Shown here: in pieces, positions 30,499 through 40,050 of the stretch | Position numbering within the stretch: the first letter of the stretch is position 1 | Layout of the letters: every line of letters starts with the position of its first letter | Assembly (NCBI GenBank): GCA_963777605.1 | Contig: CAVZRV010000031.1 | Span: 96,001 to 160,000 of the forward strand | Reading direction: 5' to 3' | Source of the DNA: an uncultured Acidobacteriota bacterium | Lineage (GTDB): Bacteria > Acidobacteriota > UBA6911 > RPQK01 > JAPXNP01 | Length of the DNA: 64,000 bases | The notes under the pieces: model-generated | The model's input: only the letters and a program-made list of their open reading frames with translations | What the model was told of the DNA's origin: nothing | Database searches by the model: none | Made by a program: the position numbers and the translations under genes

Positions 30499-31926
30499 TC
30501 AAGCCAATTCCTTCAGCAGAGAGGTGGCAACGTCGACCATTTTCTCGGCTCCCCCCGGGGCAATCCTGGAATTGACGATTTCGTAGCTGCCCTCGGAAAA
30601 GGCTTTTCGAGTGGGAACGTAGCCGGGAGCATCCCGACAAAGCTCTACCACGAGCGTATTTGAAAACGGGCTCGCTCGCTTGGCCGCCAATCCCAACTCC
30701 ACAAAAACCTCACCGGGAAAACCCACCAGCGCCAGGTCTTCGCCCATCCGGAACACCTGCACCTCGAGGCGTATCGAATCCGCACCCCGCGCATGCAGGT
30801 CCAGAATCCTGTAGGCCTTCACCTGATCGAGGAAGGACAACTCGGACGTACCCACCTTCATGATGCTTGCTTGCGCCCAGGCAAGATCGTCAGGGCCGTA
30901 GCTCTGCAACGGCACGTCGATGCCGGAAGTCCTGACGGCAAGGGAGGGCGTCCCGACCGGCTTCAGCGTCGACTCGGCCGCCAGCACCGTTTCCGCCAGA
31001 GTCTCCCCAATGTAATCGGGCTTTGCCCGATCTTCCCGGGTGACGTCCAGGTGGTTGATGTCACCGCAGGTCCCTGTCCCGAAAAACAGGATGAATTCGT
31101 CACCATATTTTTCGCGCAGCGCCCTCTGCAGGAAGAATGGATAGTCCGCCGAGTACTCGGTTCCGCCTGTTGTGTCGAGGTGGAGTGCGAAGTTCACCAG
31201 GGCACCGGTTGGCTGAGGGTTCCCTTCATTGTTGAAGAACACCATTGTGACGTCCGGATCAACGGGACCGACGCAGCGGACGATGTCCGGGTTCTTGAAC
31301 CCCGGGTTGAAGCGGACGCTTCCGTCCTTCATCAAGAAGCGGCGATTGAACGCGAGGCCTTCCTGGGTTGCCTTTCCGGTCCGCAACCGGACGGGCTGCA
31401 GCAGGGACTGAGCCTGGACGATCGACTCTGCAATTCCGGCGGACAACCGAGCCCGGTAATCGACCTTTTCATATGGGTCGGAGCCGCTTTCAGAAACCGC
31501 TAATCTGTGAAAATGATCCCGCAGAGCCCCGTAGTAAAGAGGGCCGGTGTGACTGTGAGTCGCACAGACCAGAATGTGCTCGGGCGGAATTCCCGTCCGG
31601 CTGTGGGCCTCCTCGCGTGCCCGATCGGTAACGTCGGCGGCGAGCCCGATCAGATCACAGAAGACCATTGCTGCTGACTCACTCCCTTGCCGAAGCACAA
31701 TTGCCTTCGCAAAGAGTGGATCCGAGACTCCGGTGGAAAGGCGTTCACGAAAATAGCCGCTCATGCGATAGCCGAGCGGAGGCGTGATGTCGACCGAGGC
31801 CATGCCGGCCTCGAAAGGTGAGGAACGCCCCGTCGTCGAACAGCTCGCCAGTGATGCAGCGGCTCCGCCACAAGCAGCGGCCACCCGGGCTGAAGCAAGT
31901 TGGAACAGGAAATCCCTACGTTTCAC
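30499..31926 (-). CDS. Neutral/alkaline ceramidase N-terminal-domain hydrolase, Tat-exported
   Basis: KRRDFL signal; DITPP, ATHSHTGP, NFALH, SADYP, GTCGDINH, PGEVF. Confidence 0.85.
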   Translation of the reverse strand: MKRRDFLFQLASARVAAACGGAAASLASCSTTGRSSPFEAGMASVDITPPLGYRMSGYFRERLSTGVSDPLFAKAIVLRQGSESAAMVFCDLIGLAADVTDRAREEAHSRTGIPPEHILVCATHSHTGPLYYGALRDHFHRLAVSESGSDPYEKVDYRARLSAGIAESIVQAQSLLQPVRLRTGKATQEGLAFNRRFLMKDGSVRFNPGFKNPDIVRCVGPVDPDVTMVFFNNEGNPQPTGALVNFALHLDTTGGTEYSADYPFFLQRALREKYGDEFILFFGTGTCGDINHLDVTREDRAKPDYIGETLAETVLAAESTLKPVGTPSLAVRTSGIDVPLQSYGPDDLAWAQASIMKVGTSELSFLDQVKAYRILDLHARGADSIRLEVQVFRMGEDLALVGFPGEVFVELGLAAKRASPFSNTLVVELCRDAPGYVPTRKAFSEGSYEIVNSRIAPGGAEKMVDVATSLLKELA

Positions 31927-32076
31927 AATTTTCTCCTTCCGAATGCGACGGCCGCCTGGCGGCTCTTTCGGCGGAATCGTTGGGTGTTACCTGACTTGAA
32001 TTTCCTCGAGATTCCCCCATTGCTCGAATCGGTGAGCCTGAGGCAGGACAGGCTCCATTCCAGATTCTCCAGCAGT

Positions 32077-33324
32077 TCAAATCTGGTCCCAATCCAGTTT
32101 CGGGTCCATTTCTTCGTTGGAGGCCATCATCTCGTCCCAGGTAACTGGATCGCCCCCCCTGGCAGCCGCCATCCGGCCGAGAATTGCCGTTAATGTGGTT
32201 TGGGCCCCCTGCTCCGCTTCATTGAGGTACTTCCCGTCCACGATACTCTGGACGAAAGACTTCGCCTTCTCTCCATTTGCATCCGCGAGGTTGGCTGCGT
32301 CATCGGCCCCGAGTTTCCAGGCAGACTTGCCATGGATTTGCATCGGACCGGTGTAGTGCGACTCGGAAACTCCGTCGGTCCCGAATAGTCGCTGGCAAAC
32401 ATCGCTCCAGCCACTGTCGAACTGGGTCGAGCTGAAGGTCACATGAACATCGTTCGGATAGAAATAGGTCAGGTTGTAATGATCCCAGCAGTTGCCCTCA
32501 TCCTGGCGCACTTTGCGACCGCCACCGCCGGAAGCTTTTAATGGCCGGGATCGCAGCGCCCAGTTGAAGATGTCGAGAACGTGAATCCCCTGGTCAACTA
32601 GAATTCCCCCTGTCAATTCGCGGTAGAAGTACCAGCGGCGCAGTTTTCTTTCGGCGGGCGATGCATTGGGCCATTCCGGTAGCTTGAGCCCGCTCGTGTA
32701 GTAATACCCTTGTCCGCAGACAATCGTTCCCAAGGCTCCTCGGTGAATCTGGTCGACCAACTTGACGAATGGGGTGGCTTTTCGGATCTGAAAGCCCACG
32801 GCCAGGCTCTGTCTGTCGCCCAAGCTACTGCCAATCGCGAGGTAACGCTTCGCTCCCGCCACGTCAACGCCAGTCGGTTTCTCCGAGTAAACATGCTTCC
32901 CCGCGGCAATCGTGGCCTCGAGGTGCATCGGGTGCAGGAAATCGGGGCTAGCGATGATGATGGCATCGAGTTCCGTTGAGACCGCCATCTGTTGATAAGC
33001 ATCCCTCCCCTTGAAGAGCAGCTTGCCGTCGATCTTTGAATGCCCACGCGAAGACCCCAGTTCGTCGAAGTGACTCTTGGCCTCCGACAATCGATCTTCG
33101 AACATGTCTCCGAGCGCCACGATTCTCCCGTCCGGATGTTGCAGCATTGATTCTGCGTCAGTGGTTCCTCGGTGACCGCAGCCAAGCAACCCGATCCGAA
33201 TGGCCGAGTTCGCAGCTGATCCTCTCACTTGCCCCGACTTCACGATCGACGCACTTGTAACGGTTGCACTCCCAATCTGGAGAAACCTCCGACGGGTGAG
33301 GTCACCCCCTGTCAATGAACACAT
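32077..33324 (-). CDS. Gfo/Idh/MocA family oxidoreductase, Tat-exported
   Basis: TRRRFL, GCGHRG, GKHVYSEKP, DQGIH. Confidence 0.92.
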   Translation of the reverse strand: MCSLTGGDLTRRRFLQIGSATVTSASIVKSGQVRGSAANSAIRIGLLGCGHRGTTDAESMLQHPDGRIVALGDMFEDRLSEAKSHFDELGSSRGHSKIDGKLLFKGRDAYQQMAVSTELDAIIIASPDFLHPMHLEATIAAGKHVYSEKPTGVDVAGAKRYLAIGSSLGDRQSLAVGFQIRKATPFVKLVDQIHRGALGTIVCGQGYYYTSGLKLPEWPNASPAERKLRRWYFYRELTGGILVDQGIHVLDIFNWALRSRPLKASGGGGRKVRQDEGNCWDHYNLTYFYPNDVHVTFSSTQFDSGWSDVCQRLFGTDGVSESHYTGPMQIHGKSAWKLGADDAANLADANGEKAKSFVQSIVDGKYLNEAEQGAQTTLTAILGRMAAARGGDPVTWDEMMASNEEMDPKLDWDQI

Positions 33325-33514
33325 AGAAAGCCTCCCATTCAGTCTGATTCGAATCAGGACATGGACCAGTTCTCTCACTCCAGTGACACGTCCGCCGCTT
33401 AAATCTAGTCAGGAATTCTGAATTCACCGTACGACCACCGAAGCCCATCTGTCAAATTGAAAGGAAGCATGCAATCCATCTAAATTTGAGATTTCATTCA
33501 TGATCGGCACAGGC

Positions 33515-33576
33515 GGCACTGTAAAGTTGACTCGGCGAGGACGAGAGAAGGCCCAGAGCAGGCACTGTTAACTTAA
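33515..33576. mobile_element. Two orphan IS6-type terminal repeats marking the left edge of the island
   Basis: GGCACTGTAAAGTTGA (33515-33530) and GGCACTGTTAACTTAA (33561-33576) match the ends of the IS6 elements at 41034-41829 and 46283-46666. Confidence 0.7.
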
Positions 33577-33587
33577 GGGGGGGAAAG

Positions 33588-34028
33588 GCAACCGCTTCGA
33601 ATCGCGCGGCCGACCGGGCCGCGGTCGCCGACCGTCTTCATTCTCTGGCGATCCATCTCCTGCGCCGGATCCGGAGGCACGACGACGCGACGGCCGTTCC
33701 GGCGCCGTCGCTCTCGGCGCTATCGGTCGTCGTTTTCGGCGGACCGATGACGCTCGGCGATCTCGCCCGCGCGGAGCAGGTCCGGCCGCCGTCGATGACG
33801 CGCGTGGTGCAGGACCTTGAGGCGCGCGGGCTCGTGGCGCGCGACCCGGACCGCGAGGACAAGCGCGTCACCCGAATCCGCGCGACGGCGAAGGGGCGGA
33901 GGCTGATGACCACCGGGCGCAGTCGGAGGATTCACGCAATCGTCGAGATGCTGGATGGAGCGGGGCACGACGACCTTCGCGCGATCGAACACGCGATCGA
34001 CCTGCTCGAACCGATCGTGAAGAGGTAG
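33588..34028 (+). pseudogene. MarR-family regulator lacking its start codon
   Basis: Frame is open upstream of ATG 33747 (..ADRLHSLAIHLLRRIRR..GPMTLGDLARAEQVRPPSMTRVVQDLEARGLVAR..DKR) but no start codon occurs before the IS6 end. Confidence 0.75.
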
Positions 34029-34189
34029 CTATGGCCCGGGACCGTATCAAAATATGTACCATGAGAATACTTTCAACTTCGGGGCGGGCTGACGGGGTTC
34101 CCGACGAGGACTGTTTTCCCGACCCTGAAGATTGGACTGCTTTTCCCCGTTCAGGACCTCGATCCGGCCGATCTGGACCCCCGATTCCG

Positions 34190-34560
34190 GGTTAGATCGG
34201 CTTCCCCTTCGGACTGGCCAACCGTATCAGATTCATAGCCGTCACCAGGTCGCCGACCTCCAGCGTCTCCTTCGCCCATCCCCACAGCCGGAACCGCGTA
34301 AAACCAAGATTCCGTTTCAACATTCCAAATCGGGTCTCCACCTCCCAGCCGCGTCGTTTCCTCAACGCCACTCCTTCCTCCGACGTCAGCCGTTTCCGAA
34401 CCTTTGCCTGATGCGCCCCGAGTGACCCCCGTCATGCGGACTCTGACTCAGCGAATACCCCACAATGAACCCGTTCTCCGTCCCGATCTGCAGGTTGTAG
34501 ACCGCCCGTAACTCCCCACTTTTCATGCGCATGAACGTCGCCCAGGATCCGTCTTCGAGT
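34190..34560 (-). pseudogene. IS1182-family transposase remnant, internally deleted
   Basis: Manual translation: ATFMRMKSGELRAVYNLQIGTENGFIVGYSLSQSPHD, then RKRRGWEVETRFGMLKRNLGFTRFRLWG..E..AMNL. Confidence 0.75.
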
Positions 34561-34799
34561 ACGAGTTCCGTTCTCCTAACTCCGCCTCCTGCTCAAGCTT
34601 GCGCACCTGCCGACGTCGCTCCTGCCTCCCCTGTGGCTTCTGCTCAAGCAGAAGCATGAGACCAGTTATCCGAGAGCTGCCCTAATAAAGGCATTTCTAA
34701 ACCGGAGTGGACCTTTCAAACACGAAAACCAGAAGGAGATGGCCATGAGTCTAGACAATATGATCGGGCGAATGTGGCACCGCGCCAAACTCTTGTCGG

Positions 34800-35690
34800 T
34801 CAACGTTCGCGCTCAGCTGACGTGCGGCGGTCGCGGGAGTGGACTCGTTGTCGGAAGGCGGCTACAGCTTTCTTGACGGTGTGTCTTGCGTAGTAGCGGG
34901 GGTTGGTCTTGTCAGAACGAAACTCGGCCATGGCGGTGATGATCTTTTCCTCGGGGACTCCTCGGGCCAGGGCGCGCATGGCGTAGGCCCAATCTCTTTC
35001 TGATTGAGAGCGGTGGCCGTCGGGGGCTTGGCGTTCTCCGGAGATCGGGGAGAGCTGCTCGGGGGTGAAGCGAGGGAATTGGTCGGGGCGGTAGATTTCG
35101 TCGGAGAGTTTCTCGGCCGTGACCCGGTGGGGCGGGTCGTACTTGTGGTTGAGGAAGCCGGGGATTCGGAGGACCCGGGACGAGTCGGTTGCGGCGGGGT
35201 CGGCTCCGGTTTCCCGAACGAGAGCGCGCTGGATGCCTTCGGCCTGGTCTGGTTCGAAGCCGTCCGTCTTCCAGATGATCTGGTACTTTCCGACTGAGCT
35301 CTGGACGACATAGTTGGGGGTCGGGATGTCGGGTCGTTCCAGCAGGCGATTCAGCGCTTCGGGGCCGCCGTTGTCCAAGTCCAGATAGATGTGGCGGATG
35401 GTGCCGATGTCCTCCTTGGTGCGGCCGGTTGCCTGGGGCCGGAGGGCATTCATGGAGAGATAGACTTCGTAGCGGCGGGAGTTCATGAAGCGGAGCCACC
35501 GCTGGAAGTCATCGGCGGCGATCCGCTCGGTCGAAGCAATCCGCTGAACGACCCCGCCATGTCTTCGGTTGACGAGGACGAGCGCGACTCGGTCTTTGGG
35601 TTCGAAGTTGTCGCGGATGTAGGCGGCAGCCGTTTTCGAGTCGTTCTCTTGGTCTTTCAAAGTGTCGGTTTGTGAGGTCCGGTCACTCAT
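34800..35690 (-). CDS. RepB-type DNA primase (AEP superfamily, RepB'-like)
   Basis: HIYLDLD, VQSSVGKYQIIW, DSSRVLRIPGFLNHKY; C-terminal helical domain SQSERDWAYA; start overlaps the stop of the ATPase gene. Confidence 0.85.
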   Translation of the reverse strand: MSDRTSQTDTLKDQENDSKTAAAYIRDNFEPKDRVALVLVNRRHGGVVQRIASTERIAADDFQRWLRFMNSRRYEVYLSMNALRPQATGRTKEDIGTIRHIYLDLDNGGPEALNRLLERPDIPTPNYVVQSSVGKYQIIWKTDGFEPDQAEGIQRALVRETGADPAATDSSRVLRIPGFLNHKYDPPHRVTAEKLSDEIYRPDQFPRFTPEQLSPISGERQAPDGHRSQSERDWAYAMRALARGVPEEKIITAMAEFRSDKTNPRYYARHTVKKAVAAFRQRVHSRDRRTSAERER

Positions 35691-36654
35691 GGTCTGCTCC
35701 ATTTCGGCGGTACAGGACTTGGAGTTCATACCGGTCCCGTCCCGGATCGTAGTGTTGGATTTCGAGGACCTCCGCAACCTGGCGCCTACCCTTTCGTCGT
35801 TCGATGTGCAGGAGGAGATGGATCGAGTCGGCGATGCTGCTTCGGACGGCCGTGTAGGGCAGCTCGACTCCACTTTGAAGCACACAGCTTGTAAAGCGGG
35901 CGACGGCCTGTTCGGCTGAGTTGGCGTGGATCGTCGAGAGCGTTCCGGAGTGGCCAGTGTTGAGCGCCTGGAGAAGATCAAAGGCTTCCCCGCCCCGCAC
36001 TTCGCCCAGGATGATCCGATCGGGCCGGTGGCGAAGGGCCGCCCGCAGGAGATCCCGAATCGTGACCGCCGGCAGTCCCGGATGATCGCGGCGGGCCTCG
36101 AGGCGGACCAGGTTGGCCTTATCGATCTGGATCTCTGCCGTATCTTCGATCAGGATCAATCGAGACGATGCGGGGACAAAGGCGGTCAGTGCGTTGAGCA
36201 GCGTCGTCTTACCGCTCGCCGTACCGCCACTGATCAGAATGTTCTTCTCCGATTCGATGGCCTGTTGCAGTGTTTGGAGAAGATCGGTGGTCAGTGTGCC
36301 GATGCGGATCAGCTCTTCGGCGGTAAAGCGCTTGTTGTGGAACTTCCGGATGGTCAAGGTGGTCCCACCGATCGAACAGGGAGGAAAGACCGCGGCGACT
36401 CGCGAACCGTCTGGAAGCCGCGAATCGAGGATCGGCTTTTCTTCGGAGATCTCGTCGTCAAGGGCCCGGGCGATGTTTCGGGCGGCAATCTGCAGGCTCT
36501 TCTCCGAGATCTCGACACCACGGACCGGCTCCACCAGGCCGTGTCGTTCGATGAAAACGCGGGAAGGGGCGTTGATCATGATCTCGCTGACTTCCGGGTC
36601 CCGGATCAGGTTTTCGATCGGTCGAAGAAAGGGCAGGATCACATCAAAGCTCAT
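35683..36654 (-). CDS. CpaF/VirB11/TrbB-family secretion ATPase
   Basis: VSEIMIN, RLPDGSR, GGTASGKTT (Walker A), IEDTAE, RPDRIILGEVRG, NTGHSG..TIHA. Confidence 0.92.
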   Translation of the reverse strand: MSFDVILPFLRPIENLIRDPEVSEIMINAPSRVFIERHGLVEPVRGVEISEKSLQIAARNIARALDDEISEEKPILDSRLPDGSRVAAVFPPCSIGGTTLTIRKFHNKRFTAEELIRIGTLTTDLLQTLQQAIESEKNILISGGTASGKTTLLNALTAFVPASSRLILIEDTAEIQIDKANLVRLEARRDHPGLPAVTIRDLLRAALRHRPDRIILGEVRGGEAFDLLQALNTGHSGTLSTIHANSAEQAVARFTSCVLQSGVELPYTAVRSSIADSIHLLLHIERRKGRRQVAEVLEIQHYDPGRDRYELQVLYRRNGADHE

Positions 36655-38651
36655 CCGATTTCTCCCCGGTCGAGCTGTTCGAAGTAGCTCGAGTTTCGGT
36701 CCCGAAAGTAGGGCTTCAGGTAGCAGTAAGACGGCGGATGGGGATTGAATCCGTCGTAGGCCAGGACAATCGACTGGGCGTTTCGAAGCTCGGCGAAGAT
36801 CTTCGCTTCGAAGACGGCGTCCCGGACGACGCTGTAACTTTTGCTGGCGCTGACACTCGACTTGTGGGCCGTCGTGCGGCCGGTGAGCACACTGACCCGG
36901 GCATCCTGGCCGTGCTCGGAGAGGTTGTAGTGAAGCCGCAGCTGTTCTTCCTTCCCGCAGAGCTCGCTGGCCACCCGGGTACTGAAGTCGTCGGAAAGGG
37001 CGAGGAAGATCTTGGTGCGGAAGGTCTGAAGCAGCGTCCGCCAGGATTCCCCGGGCAGGGTGGATCGAAGCGAACTGATGCTCTGCGTGGCGACAATCGG
37101 AATGCAGCGGGCCTGCCGGGAAAGACTGAAGAACTTCTCGTCACCGGTCGGATCGCTCTCACCGACGGTGGCGAAGGAATGGTACTCGTCGCAGAGGAAC
37201 AACACTTCCCGCCAGTGCCGCACGTCCTGGGATTCGATCCTGGGGATCCGGTCGAGCATGGCCCGCTGGAAGTCCTGTTTCAAAAATGTGCCGATTGCTC
37301 GGGCCAGGCCCGGATTGGCTGAGACGGGGAAGTTCAGGGCACAGACTTTCCCCTGTTCGATCAGATCGGAGAAGGGCGGCAGCGGCTTGCCGTATCGGCC
37401 GTCTCGGTTCTCTTCCGGGTCGTAGCATTCCTTTGGGGGACAAAACGTTCTCTTTACGGCCGGGTTGTCGTCGAAAAGCGAGAGGAAGACGGAGATTCCC
37501 TCGACGATGGAGGTTCGGAGCTTCGGCTCGATCCGCATCCAGTCGTGAAAGAACCATCGCTCGACGGCGGCGAACTGAGCCTGTTTGTCCTCCCTGTCCT
37601 CTTGGGACGCCCCTGCGGTCTCGGTCTGGATTTCATACTGGATGCCGCGGCGCTCGAGTTGATCGACAAGGTCTTCGGTCAAAGGCGCCTTGAGCCGGTT
37701 CGTCTCCGGATCCATCTCGAAGGGGAGATCTTCGAGATGCTCGTGATCGAGAAAGGCGTCCGGGTGGATCATCAGGGTGGTGGTCTCGCGAAAGCGGTGT
37801 CGGCCCTCTTCGATGCGCTTTTCGAGAAGATCGGGATTAATGGCGCATTCGTAGACGTCGAAGAGCGTGACGTAGTCGTAGACGACCTTGTGGAGCAGGA
37901 TGATGAACTTGACGAGGTTCGTGTAAGCCTGTTGCCAGAAGGGCTCCTTCCCTTTCCCGAAGAGGTTGTTCAACAACGACGCGATCCCGTAAGCCAGGGC
38001 GTAGGCTTCGAGATCGTTGTGAAGCGGGTTGTAGCGATACTCGGAAGTGAGGCTCATTTCGACGTAGTCGTCGGCCCGGCCGTATCGAGTCAGGATCTCG
38101 TTCACCTTGTGGCAGAAGTCCCCTTTGACTTCGAGGACCAGGCCGCTCGGCCGCCGTTCGGGATCGCTTGCCCGGTAAGCCAGGATCTGCTCGGCAAAGG
38201 GAACCATGCAGCAGCTTGTCTTACCCGTCCCGGTCGCCCCGAAGATGGCCAGTCCGGTAAAGAGTCCCCGCCGGGGGATCATCAGCCAACGGGGACGCTC
38301 GGCCGGTACAGGCTTTTTGGGATGGTGGACTTCACCGAGGACGAGGTAGAGCTCGTTGCGTTCTGTGGGTTCGACATAGTGGGGCAGGCGTCCTTGGAGG
38401 GTGTCGCTGTTTCTTCGGACGAGGAAGATATAGGCCAGTGAAAGCGTGGCCGAGGTCACGATGAAGGGCGAAGTGAAGGAGAGCGCGACATAGATCAGTT
38501 TGAAGGCCAGAAAGAGTCGCGGGCGTTCCGCGCCGATGAGTTCAAGGACCGGGTTGTCCTTGGGAAAGGGGAGCCAGTACTGGACCAGGACCGTCGTTGC
38601 AGCGGCAACGAGGAAGCTCACGAATGGTTTGTTCTCGTAGAGTCGCTTCAT
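36651..38651 (-). CDS. VirD4/TraD-like type IV coupling protein
   Basis: Two N-terminal TM segments, GATGTGKTS (Walker A), LFLCDEYH (Walker B), IVATQSISSL. Confidence 0.88.
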   Translation of the reverse strand: MKRLYENKPFVSFLVAAATTVLVQYWLPFPKDNPVLELIGAERPRLFLAFKLIYVALSFTSPFIVTSATLSLAYIFLVRRNSDTLQGRLPHYVEPTERNELYLVLGEVHHPKKPVPAERPRWLMIPRRGLFTGLAIFGATGTGKTSCCMVPFAEQILAYRASDPERRPSGLVLEVKGDFCHKVNEILTRYGRADDYVEMSLTSEYRYNPLHNDLEAYALAYGIASLLNNLFGKGKEPFWQQAYTNLVKFIILLHKVVYDYVTLFDVYECAINPDLLEKRIEEGRHRFRETTTLMIHPDAFLDHEHLEDLPFEMDPETNRLKAPLTEDLVDQLERRGIQYEIQTETAGASQEDREDKQAQFAAVERWFFHDWMRIEPKLRTSIVEGISVFLSLFDDNPAVKRTFCPPKECYDPEENRDGRYGKPLPPFSDLIEQGKVCALNFPVSANPGLARAIGTFLKQDFQRAMLDRIPRIESQDVRHWREVLFLCDEYHSFATVGESDPTGDEKFFSLSRQARCIPIVATQSISSLRSTLPGESWRTLLQTFRTKIFLALSDDFSTRVASELCGKEEQLRLHYNLSEHGQDARVSVLTGRTTAHKSSVSASKSYSVVRDAVFEAKIFAELRNAQSIVLAYDGFNPHPPSYCYLKPYFRDRNSSYFEQLDRGEIG

Positions 38652-38734
38652 CGTTCGGGCTGGATCTGGTTTGTTGGATGGCTGGTCTTTCCCCAGAGAC
38701 TTCGAGAAGTGCGCTGAGAGGATTCGACCTTGGA

Positions 38735-39007
38735 GGCAAGCAGGGATGCTTGCCCTACGCTGTAGCGAGTCTTGGGGTGGGCGGGAGCGACCCTGGCCGA
38801 ACCTTCGGGGGAGGAGTTAAGGTCTGGGCGCCTCAGGCGCCCAATGACCGGGGTCGCTCCCGCCCACCCCACGACCCCGCGAAGCGCCCAAACGGACGCG
38901 ACGCGGTTTCGGAAGGTATTGATATCTCTTGGACTTGGCCTTATCGAGCGGGTGACAACTGCGGTGACATCTACGGGGACACCTTGATTCAGACAAGTCG
39001 TCACCCG
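38735..39007. other. Putative origin (oriT/ssi/oriV-like): nested inverted repeats plus 12-bp tandem repeats
   Basis: GGCAAGCA-GGGA-TGCTTGCC; perfect 21-bp IR 38773-38793/38851-38871 enclosing two hairpins; three 12-bp repeats at 38949-38984 and an inverted copy at 38996-39007. Confidence 0.6.
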
Positions 39008-39029
39008 TCCTGCCTCTGCAGGAAGTGAT

Positions 39030-40050
39030 TTAACGCCTGGTAAAGGTGTCGAGAAAGTCATAATTGTGCTCCAGGAGAAAGGTCCGAAAGTCCACAGAAA
39101 TCGGAAGCCGGAAGGCTCCGTGATTCCGGATTCTCTCGGAGACCGCTTGATCGCCAGCCGCCTTCCAGAGTCTGAACAGGGACTCCGTGTCGGGGCCGTT
39201 AAAGAGTCGGCGAGCTCTCTTCAGACGGATCAATCGGTCCCGGCTCAGGGACTGAAACTGTCTGGTTTCGTAAAGGTGCTCCAGGCGGAAGTACTCGAGG
39301 AGTCCGGCAGCGTAGGTCTCGTTTGCGGCCTCGGAGTTGAGCAATGCGACGAGGGATTTCACTCTGCGCCTTGCCGCCTGGAAATGTCGTTTAGTGTCTG
39401 CAATGAAGAAGAGCCGAAGCGTGCCCAACTGACTGAACAGTCGGCTGTACTGGTTGAGAAACGTGTCGAAGCCCGCCGGCGTTCGAGGCCCCGGGTCGAC
39501 GTAACAGAAGGAGACGACAGGCGAAGAGTCTGCGTCGGCAGACGAGACAAAGAGGGGAAACTTCTCGATGAAGTAGCGGATGGTTTCGTCATCCGAGTGC
39601 TTCGATGAGTAGACTTTCCTCGGTAGAAGATCCGGCGAGATCTTCCCGTGATTGGCGAAGTAATCGACCTTCTCGCATTCGGTGGCCAGGTAGGTTCGCT
39701 CCGGATGGGCCAAGACGAAATCGAGTGCCATCAGTTTGGTCTTGACGGCCGAGGGAGATCGCTGGCGGCGATTGCGGTTGTTCGGATCGCCGAGCGCCTC
39801 GAAGAGCGGACGGGACGAGAGGTGAAAGACGCCGGTGTTGTTCGGAAAGACCGTGACGCGGCAGTGGCGGTTGGCCGCCATCCTCTCGACGAGTTGGACC
39901 ACAGCCTTCCCTTGCCGGCAACCGACGAACCGTCTGTACTGGCGCCGCACGAAGTAACCGCCATGAAGGGCTGCGAGTGTGAGAAAGGCGGCCTCCCGCT
40001 CGTTGTACCCGAATTGCTGTAATGCTTCGATCGCGCTGCTGATGGGTCAT
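39030..40050 (-). CDS. Conserved hypothetical protein of the conjugative/replicative module; frameshift near the start
   Basis: Frame extends upstream of 39950 as AIEALQQFGYNEREAAFLTLAALHGGYFVRRQY; the ATG at 40050 overlaps the previous stop but is off-frame. Confidence 0.7.

Noticed and set aside
34745-34876. Short ORF MSLDNMIGRMWHRAK with RBS
   Set aside because: It overlaps the primase 3' end on the opposite strand and has no recognisable motif; at most a truncated remnant.
38706-38716. MOBQ-type nic site (AAGTGCGC)
   Set aside because: Only a partial match to TAAGTGCGCCCT and no MOBQ relaxase in the window.
38648-39061. 137-aa and 143-aa ORFs across the spacer
   Set aside because: No motifs; they run across the inverted repeats and are better explained as non-coding.
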